Source: an uncultured Candidatus Saccharibacteria bacterium (lineage in GTDB: Bacteria > Patescibacteriota > Minisyncoccia > 2-02-FULL-40-12 > GWA2-44-9). Taken from it: a stretch of 38,837 nucleotides of DNA. The translations under genes and the position numbers were made by a program. The notes under the pieces were generated by a model that was not told the DNA's origin, searched no databases, and saw only the letters and a list, made by a program, of their open reading frames with translations. This document shows, piece after piece, positions 34,599-38,837 of the stretch (positions within the stretch are counted from its first letter, which is position 1; each line of letters begins with the position of its first letter). The DNA lies in the NCBI GenBank assembly GCA_964479835.1, contig CAYZRE010000003.1, positions 1-38,837 on the forward strand. Reading direction: 5' to 3'.

Positions 34599-34613
34599 AT
34601 AACCCAAATCCCC

Positions 34614-35675
34614 ATGGCGATTATCGATATCAAAAATCTGACCAAGACAGTTGCAGGACTGGTCAAAACACTCAACCCGCGCAATCGGGACATCGTGTCG
34701 CGTCGGTTCGGTCTCAAGAGCGGCTCCAAGGAAACGTTGGAGTCCATCGGAAAGAGTTACGGCATCACCCGCGAACGGGTGCGCCAAATCGAAGAATTCG
34801 CTCTGGTCCAGTTGACCAAAGCTGCCGCAGAAAGCCGCGAACTGGCCCGTTTTTCCCTTTCTGCAAAGGAGTTTATTGCGAAAGAGGGGGGAGTCATCAA
34901 GGAGCGTGCATTATTCAAGATGGTGTCCGGTTCCGACAAGGATTCCGTTGCCAATGCCTCGCTGGTATTTGCACTGACCTTGGAGAAGGAATTGACCCGC
35001 TTAGCTGACAATGATCATTTTCATGCATTTTGGGCCCGTGATACACGCACACTGGAAGCATTTCGCGGACAGGTCGCCGCTCTCGTGTCGGCACTCACCG
35101 GTCATGGTTTAGTCCTTCCGTCAGCGAAGCTGGTGTCTTTGGCACAGGAAAAAACGGTCGTCGCGTTGGACGGCTCCGCATTCAATGAGAAACACCTGGC
35201 GACCGTTTCAGCTATCTGCAAGGATTTGGGGAGTAACATCTTCGGTCAGATGGGATTGACTCACTGGAGTCAGATTCGTCCCAAGGGTGTCCGTGACAAG
35301 GCCTATTTGGTCATCCGTCAGGCGGGCGCTCCCCAGCATTTCAGTCAGATTGCCAAACTTATCAATGTCGCAAAGTTTGATGCGAAAAAAGTCAATGTGC
35401 AGACCGTCCATAACGAGCTTATCAAGGACAGTCGTTTCGTACTGGTCGGCCGTGGCATGTATGCACTGGCCGAGTGGGGCTATAAATCCGGCACGGTCAA
35501 AGATGTGCTTGTGGATATTCTCAAGACCAACGGTAAGCCTCTCCAGCGTGCGGATTTAGTCGCCAAGGTAGGCGCGGTACGCATGGTGAAAGAGAATACT
35601 ATCCTTCTGAATCTGCAGGATTCCGGAACCTTCGCCAGAGACGAGGACGGTCACTACCACCTGCGCAAGAAATAA
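34614..35675 (+). CDS. Sigma70 region-4 HTH fused to HARE-HTH/RNA polymerase delta-like winged-HTH domains
   Basis: RDIVSRRFGL...TLESIGKSYGITRERVRQIE (sigma4 signature), then TVHNELIKDSRFVLVGRGMYALAEWG. Confidence 0.75.
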   Translation: MAIIDIKNLTKTVAGLVKTLNPRNRDIVSRRFGLKSGSKETLESIGKSYGITRERVRQIEEFALVQLTKAAAESRELARFSLSAKEFIAKEGGVIKERALFKMVSGSDKDSVANASLVFALTLEKELTRLADNDHFHAFWARDTRTLEAFRGQVAALVSALTGHGLVLPSAKLVSLAQEKTVVALDGSAFNEKHLATVSAICKDLGSNIFGQMGLTHWSQIRPKGVRDKAYLVIRQAGAPQHFSQIAKLINVAKFDAKKVNVQTVHNELIKDSRFVLVGRGMYALAEWGYKSGTVKDVLVDILKTNGKPLQRADLVAKVGAVRMVKENTILLNLQDSGTFARDEDGHYHLRKK

Positions 35676-35712
35676 AACAGAGTATCCGGGCCAACAACCG
35701 GCGGGTCAACGG

Positions 35713-35738
35713 AAGGTCTCTTTACGGGGGCCTTTTGT
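35713..35738 (+). terminator. Possible intrinsic terminator
   Basis: AAGGTCTC-TTTACG-GGGGCCTT with a short T-tract. Confidence 0.5.
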
Positions 35739-35778
35739 GCTTCTGTGGTATAATTTCTCTAGAACACATCTCACACAC

Positions 35779-37107
35779 ATGGTGGATATTTCTGTCATTC
35801 TCGAGTGGCTTGGGCGGGGATCCTCGCTGGTTTTTGAGTATTGGTGGGCATGGCTGCCGCTGGTACTGGCAATGATGGCGTACTCCTCATGGATGGGATA
35901 CCAGAAGGCGAAGTATATTGCCGGCATGAAATGGACACTTCTGGAAGTTATTCCGCCACCGGAAATCCTTTACAGCAGCCCGAAAGCCGCCGAGAACTTT
36001 TTCGCGGGTCTGCACGCTAGCTACGGTGGCGGTGTTAAATGGAAAGAACAGGTATTCGGCGGCAAGATACCGGACTCGTTTACCTTGGAGATAGTTTCCA
36101 ACGGCGGGCCGACACATTTTTTTGTCCGATGCACAGAAGGTGCGCGTAATATGGTGGAAGCACTTATCTTCGCGCAATATCCACAGGCAGAGATCCGAAT
36201 CGCCGAAGATTATGTAAATTTACTTCCCGACGAGTTCGACCCCACACAGTACGATGTGTCCGGTACCGAGTTCGTATTTACCCAGCCCCCCGCATATCCC
36301 ATCAAGAGCTGGACGGAGTTCGAGGAGGCGGGCGGCAAAGACGAATATGCGCGCCTGGACCCGTTGGCGCCGCTGTTGGAAATCATGAGCGCGCTTCAAC
36401 CGACCGAATATCTGTGGCTCCAATATGTTATCCGGCCGACAGGGGGCGATTGGGTCAAAGCCGGGAAGGCGGTTGTCGACAAGCTCATCGGTCGCGAGGC
36501 AAAGCCGGCCCAAGAACCATTCCTTCTGATGGTGTTTTCTCTGCCGTTTAAGCTTATCGGGGCACTGGTGGGCGCATTTATGGAGTCGCCCACTGTGGAG
36601 GAAAAGAAAAAAGAAGAAAAACCATTCAGTCTCCAGAGTCTCACACCCGCGGATAAGTTGGCACTTGAGCAGATACAGGTAAAACTCTCGAAGCTTGCGT
36701 TCAAGGCATGCATTCGTGTTTTTTATGCGGCACGCAAAGAGGCATTTAACGGCGCGCGAGCCGCAAGCGTAAATGCAATGTTCAAACAATTGTTCCACAA
36801 TAATATGAATACCTTCAAACCCGGACCGGGGACAAAGGACAAAGGATTACTGCCCTGGATATTTCCCCATGATAAGGGTTTTTTCACGGAGGAACGGACG
36901 ATGAAAAAGAAAAAACGCATGTACGGTTCATATCGCAAACGGGCATTCTCGCTGCCACCGACAAATCCGAAAGAATTTTCCATTATTCTCAACACCGAGG
37001 AACTGGCGACGCTGTGGCATTTGCCGAGTTTGAATGTAAAAGCGCCGCTGATGCCACGCGTGCAGTCGAAGAAAGGCCAGCCTCCCGCAATGCTCCCAAC
37101 CCGCTAA
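35779..37107 (+). CDS. Conserved hypothetical membrane protein associated with VirD4/HerA-like ATPase
   Basis: N-terminal TM, LLEVIPP, FTLEIVS, QYPQAEIRIAEDY, YPIK, ILNTEELATLWHLP. TG-extended TATAAT at 35749. Start at ATG 35779. Confidence 0.75.
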   Translation: MVDISVILEWLGRGSSLVFEYWWAWLPLVLAMMAYSSWMGYQKAKYIAGMKWTLLEVIPPPEILYSSPKAAENFFAGLHASYGGGVKWKEQVFGGKIPDSFTLEIVSNGGPTHFFVRCTEGARNMVEALIFAQYPQAEIRIAEDYVNLLPDEFDPTQYDVSGTEFVFTQPPAYPIKSWTEFEEAGGKDEYARLDPLAPLLEIMSALQPTEYLWLQYVIRPTGGDWVKAGKAVVDKLIGREAKPAQEPFLLMVFSLPFKLIGALVGAFMESPTVEEKKKEEKPFSLQSLTPADKLALEQIQVKLSKLAFKACIRVFYAARKEAFNGARAASVNAMFKQLFHNNMNTFKPGPGTKDKGLLPWIFPHDKGFFTEERTMKKKKRMYGSYRKRAFSLPPTNPKEFSIILNTEELATLWHLPSLNVKAPLMPRVQSKKGQPPAMLPTR

Positions 37108-37110
37108 ATT

Positions 37111-38703
37111 ATGCCTGAAAACCCTGACAACGATGTCGTGCTGTTCGGAAATACCGAGTTCCGGAACTCGGTATCGAACTTCGGCATCAAGCTCGACGAC
37201 CGACGCCGGCACATGTATATCATCGGAAAATCCGGTATGGGCAAATCGGAGCTGTTGAAGACGCTGGCGATTCAGGACATCCAGGACGGCCGAGGGCTCT
37301 GCTTCATGGACCCGCACGGCGATGCGGTGTTCGACCTGTTGGATTATATTCCTCCCGAGCGCGTCAAAGATGTCATTTTCATCAACCCTGCGGATATGCA
37401 GTATCCGGTCGGGTTTAATGTCATGGAACAAGTCGGTTTTGATCAGCGCCATCTGGTCGCCGATGGCATGATGGCCGTGTTTAAGAAGATTTGGGAAGAC
37501 GCATGGTCGGCGCGCATGGAGTACATTCTCAACAACACAATCCTGGCCCTTTTGGAGGCCCCGGGCTCAACACTTCTGGGCATCAACCGCATGCTGGCGG
37601 AGAAAGAATACCGCAAACGCGTCGTTGACCAGGTCACCGATAGTGAAGTGAAGGCATTTTGGACGCAGGAGTTTGCAAAATACAGCGACAAATTTGCCAG
37701 CGAGGCGACTGCGGCAATTCAGAACAAGGTTGGACAGTTTGTATCAAATTCGCTGATACGAAATCTGGTCGGACAGGCAAAATCGACCTTCAATATGCGC
37801 GAAGCGATGGACCAGCGAAAAATTATCCTGGTGGATATTTCCAAGGGGCGTATTGGTGAGGATGCCAGTCGCCTGCTGGGCGCCATGATTATCACCAAGA
37901 TTCAATTAGCGGCGATGTCACGCGTCGATATTCCCAAGTACGAACGCGCCGATTTTACACTCATTGTGGATGAGTTTCAGAACTTTGCCACCGCATCGTT
38001 CGCCAATATTCTCTCGGAGGCGCGTAAATTCAATCTCTCCCTCATTGTCGGACATCAGTACATCAAACAACTGGATGAGAAAGTCGCGGAAGCGGCATTT
38101 GGTAATGTGGGGACTATTATCTCGTTCCGTATCGGAGCCGAAGACGCGGAATTTTTGGAAAAAGAATTTGCGCCGGAGTTCATGGCGACCGATATCGTGA
38201 ATCTTGGGTTTCGCCAAATCTACCTCAAGCTGATGATTGACGGAGTGACCAGTCACGCGTTTTCAGCCATGACGATGGATACACCGTCAAAACCGGAGCA
38301 CAGCACCCGCAGTGAGGTCATCGAGTATTCCCGTACGATGTATTCGCATCCGCGTGCCGAGGTGGAGGCGGCAATTGTCGCCTGGCGGGCTCCCATCGAA
38401 CCACCGCACCCAACCGCACCGTTTCCGTCGCAGTCTGTCGGGCGGCCACCCCAGCGCCAGGAGGCGCCGGCACCCCGACCCGCCACGACACCTCGACACG
38501 ACAATCGACCGCCGAAAAGATTTGACCGGCCTCCGCAACGCTCGCCGGGGGCGCCGTTGGATGCGCTTAAGAGCGAACCCGTTGATTTCAAGGGTCGAAC
38601 TAGCGAACCGGAAAAACCCCCGCATGCGACCGGGACGAGTATTCCCTCGGTTTCCAATCAGGATCTCAAGTCCCTCATCGCAAAAGCATTGGGGAAAAAA
38701 TAG
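37111..38703 (+). CDS. VirD4/TrwB/HerA-like (DUF87-type) P-loop ATPase, type IV secretion coupling-protein-like, with Pro-rich C-terminal tail
   Basis: RRRHMYIIGKSGMGKS (Walker A), MDPHGD, LIVDEFQNF (Walker B), ILSEARKF, GNVGTIISFR. Confidence 0.88.
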   Translation: MPENPDNDVVLFGNTEFRNSVSNFGIKLDDRRRHMYIIGKSGMGKSELLKTLAIQDIQDGRGLCFMDPHGDAVFDLLDYIPPERVKDVIFINPADMQYPVGFNVMEQVGFDQRHLVADGMMAVFKKIWEDAWSARMEYILNNTILALLEAPGSTLLGINRMLAEKEYRKRVVDQVTDSEVKAFWTQEFAKYSDKFASEATAAIQNKVGQFVSNSLIRNLVGQAKSTFNMREAMDQRKIILVDISKGRIGEDASRLLGAMIITKIQLAAMSRVDIPKYERADFTLIVDEFQNFATASFANILSEARKFNLSLIVGHQYIKQLDEKVAEAAFGNVGTIISFRIGAEDAEFLEKEFAPEFMATDIVNLGFRQIYLKLMIDGVTSHAFSAMTMDTPSKPEHSTRSEVIEYSRTMYSHPRAEVEAAIVAWRAPIEPPHPTAPFPSQSVGRPPQRQEAPAPRPATTPRHDNRPPKRFDRPPQRSPGAPLDALKSEPVDFKGRTSEPEKPPHATGTSIPSVSNQDLKSLIAKALGKK

Positions 38704-38737
38704 GCGCCTACGGTATAGGCGGCAGGCTGCCCGTGCC

Positions 38738-38766
38738 TTGAAAGGACCCTAAAAGCGTGGTATTTT
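38738..38766 (+). promoter_or_regulatory. Predicted tRNA promoter
   Basis: TTGAAA (38738-43), 17 bp spacer containing TG, TATTTT (38761-66). Confidence 0.55.
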
Positions 38767-38782
38767 GAAATTCGCCCGACAT

Positions 38783-38837
38783 CCGCCCGTAGCTCAGTTG
38801 GTAGAGCTGCTCCCTTTTAAGGAGAAGGTCGCTGGTT
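38783..38837 (+). tRNA. tRNA-Lys (anticodon UUU), 3'-truncated by window edge
   Basis: CCGCCCG-TA-GCTC-AGTTGGTA-GAGC D-arm, CTCC/GGAG anticodon stem with loop CTTTTAA (TTT at 38816-18), AGGTC variable loop, start of T-arm GCTGG-TT. Confidence 0.9.

Noticed and set aside
35779-38837. Integrative conjugative element inserted at tRNA-Lys
   Set aside because: No integrase, relaxase or tRNA 3'-end duplication is visible, and composition resembles neighbouring core genes. Sequence beyond the window is needed to exclude it fully.
1-38837. CRISPR array, rRNA, tmRNA, RNase P, or UGA recoding
   Set aside because: No regularly spaced 25-45-bp repeats and no hallmark RNA motifs were recognised. TGA works as a stop at many coupled junctions, so code 11 fits.

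Overview
This is a bacterial chromosomal window using standard code 11: many genes end in TGA, often as ATGA overlaps. The gene set and protein features point to Patescibacteria/CPR (Parcubacteria-like), which is an inference. 1-20.3 kb is a cell-surface glycan locus: 4 GT4s, a GT2, 6 SAM methyltransferases, a GMC oxidoreductase, a YfhO-like GT-C protein, two divergent Wzx-like flippases, an O-antigen-ligase/TPR protein and a polyprenyl-phosphate sugar transferase. An AT-rich four-helix-bundle gene sits between the last two, flanked by inverted 7-bp-period AGCT arrays. 20.4-38.8 kb holds a secreted HEXXH protease, a 430-bp highly structured intergenic region, hpf-secA, VIT1/CCC1, gpsA, DUF378, two orphan ORFs, an M16 peptidase, a TM0106-type nuclease, secDF, a sigma4/winged-HTH fusion, a membrane protein plus VirD4/HerA-like ATPase pair, and the 5' part of tRNA-Lys(UUU). 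The best leads are the repeat-bracketed four-helix-bundle cassette, a 23-bp palindrome found three times (each just upstream of a predicted promoter), two candidate structured RNAs, and very short predicted mRNA leaders. No CRISPR array, integrase, transposase or reverse transcriptase is visible. All family calls are by motif recognition, not database search.
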